From positions 32,001-96,000 of IMG/VR virus record IMGVR_UViG_3300046003_007336: a DNA stretch of 64,000 bases; one strand, 5' to 3'. The notes under the pieces were generated by a model. The model saw only the letters and a list, made by a program, of their open reading frames with translations, ran no database searches and was not told the DNA's origin. Shown here piece after piece: positions 62,784 to 64,000 of the stretch; position 1 is the stretch's first letter, and each line of letters opens with the position of its first letter. A program made the position numbers and the translations under genes. The DNA is from a virus.

Positions 62784-63355
62784 AGGTCTGGTTCATACAC
62801 GGGGCCCAGTGCTCGTCACGCTCGTTCGTGTGGCTCAAAGAGCAGCTTCCTCAGTATGAAGCCGTCGATATCGACTACTCTACTGAAGTATCGGTATCGA
62901 CGACAGTTCGAGAACTTGTCGAGCAGGCCAATGCGGAGACCGAACCTTTCGACATCATTGGTCACAGCCTCGGCGGATTGATCGCGGTCGCCATCGCTCA
63001 GAAGTCCCCCATGGTCCGACGCGTCGTCACCATGGGGTCTCCCTTCGGTGGTTCCCAGGTTGCGGTCTTCCTGCGGTTCTTCAAGCCCAACAGCCTGATG
63101 GATGACATCCAGCCTTTCAGCCCGTTCCTCCTCCGTCTCCGCAACAGGGCCATCAAGGTGCCGGTCCTGAGTCTGGTCACCACTGGTGGTCAATCTTCCC
63201 TGATCGGTGGACGCAATGACGGCATCGTCAGCGTCGCATCCCAGACGGCTATCTCTGGTCCCGAGTTTATAGAAACATCGGCAAATCATTCTGAAGTATT
63301 GTTGTCTTATGAGACAGTTGATGCTATAACGGAGTTCTTCTCTCGTCCCGAATAG
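62780..63355 (+). CDS. Alpha/beta hydrolase (lipase/esterase-like)
   Basis: FIHG, nucleophile elbow GHSLGG, NDGIV, NHSEV. Confidence 0.85.
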   Translation: MKVWFIHGAQCSSRSFVWLKEQLPQYEAVDIDYSTEVSVSTTVRELVEQANAETEPFDIIGHSLGGLIAVAIAQKSPMVRRVVTMGSPFGGSQVAVFLRFFKPNSLMDDIQPFSPFLLRLRNRAIKVPVLSLVTTGGQSSLIGGRNDGIVSVASQTAISGPEFIETSANHSEVLLSYETVDAITEFFSRPE

Positions 63356-63359
63356 GCCA

Positions 63360-63863
63360 ATGGCTTACCACCAGCCCGTCTGCTATGTTTTGATCGGCCC
63401 TCCGGGCAGCGGAAAGTCCACGTGGCTTGCCGCGCATCTCGCTGCCGCGACGGTGCCGACCGAGATCATCGGGACTGACTACATCATCGACACCATCGCG
63501 AAGAAGCTCAAGGCCACCTACACGGACGTATTCCGGGCCTGGGACGGCCCCGCGATCAAGCTCGAAATGCAGAACCGTTTCGAAGCCGCAGTGAAGAACA
63601 AGCACGACATCGTCATCGACCGCACCAACACGACCGCCAAGGTGCGCCGGGGTTTCTTGAGCCGCCTGCCCAAGAAGTCCCACTACCGGAAAGTCGCCGT
63701 CGTGTTCGACACGCCGGTTGACGTCTTGTATGCTCGACTGGAAGCTCGTGAGATCGAGACCGGCAAACATATTCCGCGCAGTGTGGTAGACCAGTTTATT
63801 GCTGGACTCGAACTCCCGCAGCCGCAGGAGTTCGACCAAGTCATCACCGTGACGGCTCGCTAA
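63360..63863 (+). CDS. P-loop kinase (AAA_33/polynucleotide-kinase-like)
   Basis: LIGPPGSGKST, IGTD, IVIDRTNTTAKVR, IPRSVV. Confidence 0.85.
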   Translation: MAYHQPVCYVLIGPPGSGKSTWLAAHLAAATVPTEIIGTDYIIDTIAKKLKATYTDVFRAWDGPAIKLEMQNRFEAAVKNKHDIVIDRTNTTAKVRRGFLSRLPKKSHYRKVAVVFDTPVDVLYARLEAREIETGKHIPRSVVDQFIAGLELPQPQEFDQVITVTAR

Positions 63864-64000
63864 ATATCTCCATGTATCCGATCACCATCATGGAACCGCC
63901 CGAGGATGACACAATGGTCAACTCCGGCAGTCTAGTCGCTATCCCTTTCTCGGTAGAAGAGGGAACGCAACTCCGCTGTATTATCGTCCACACCGCACCC

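Overview
This is a 64-kb segment of a large lytic (jumbo-type) dsDNA bacteriophage, not a bacterial chromosome. The phage assignment rests on a T4-type B-family DNA polymerase, an ATP-dependent DNA ligase, a probable sliding clamp, an RNase H/5'-exonuclease, recurring TAAATA late-promoter-like motifs, many sigma70-like TTGAC-N17-TAnnnT early promoters and dense runs of small unknown ORFs. The host is probably an alphaproteobacterium, inferred from a MucR/Ros homolog, a circularly permuted two-piece tmRNA with an ANDN...AA tag and an alphaproteobacterial-type IleRS. The window carries a large translation module: 18 tRNA genes in amino-acid-themed clusters (Ala/Pro, Gly/Glu, Leu, fMet), tmRNA, IleRS, a truncated AlaRS, YqeY and peptide deformylase. 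It also has metabolic genes (pyrB, coaD, coaE) and several long structured non-coding regions, one GOLLD-like. The most notable observations are: (1) each of the three main tRNA clusters is preceded by a promoter and a short leader ORF rich in the cognate amino acid(s), suggesting attenuation-like, amino-acid-sensing control of tRNA operons; (2) three non-canonical tRNA-like RNAs with G3:U70/A73/CCA alanine identity sit directly upstream of a mini-AlaRS; (3) the DNA polymerase is split at the fingers, with halves about 43 kb apart; (4) more than 30 small divergent ORFs share a C-terminal motif. All calls come from reading the sequence by eye; no database search or folding computation was run.
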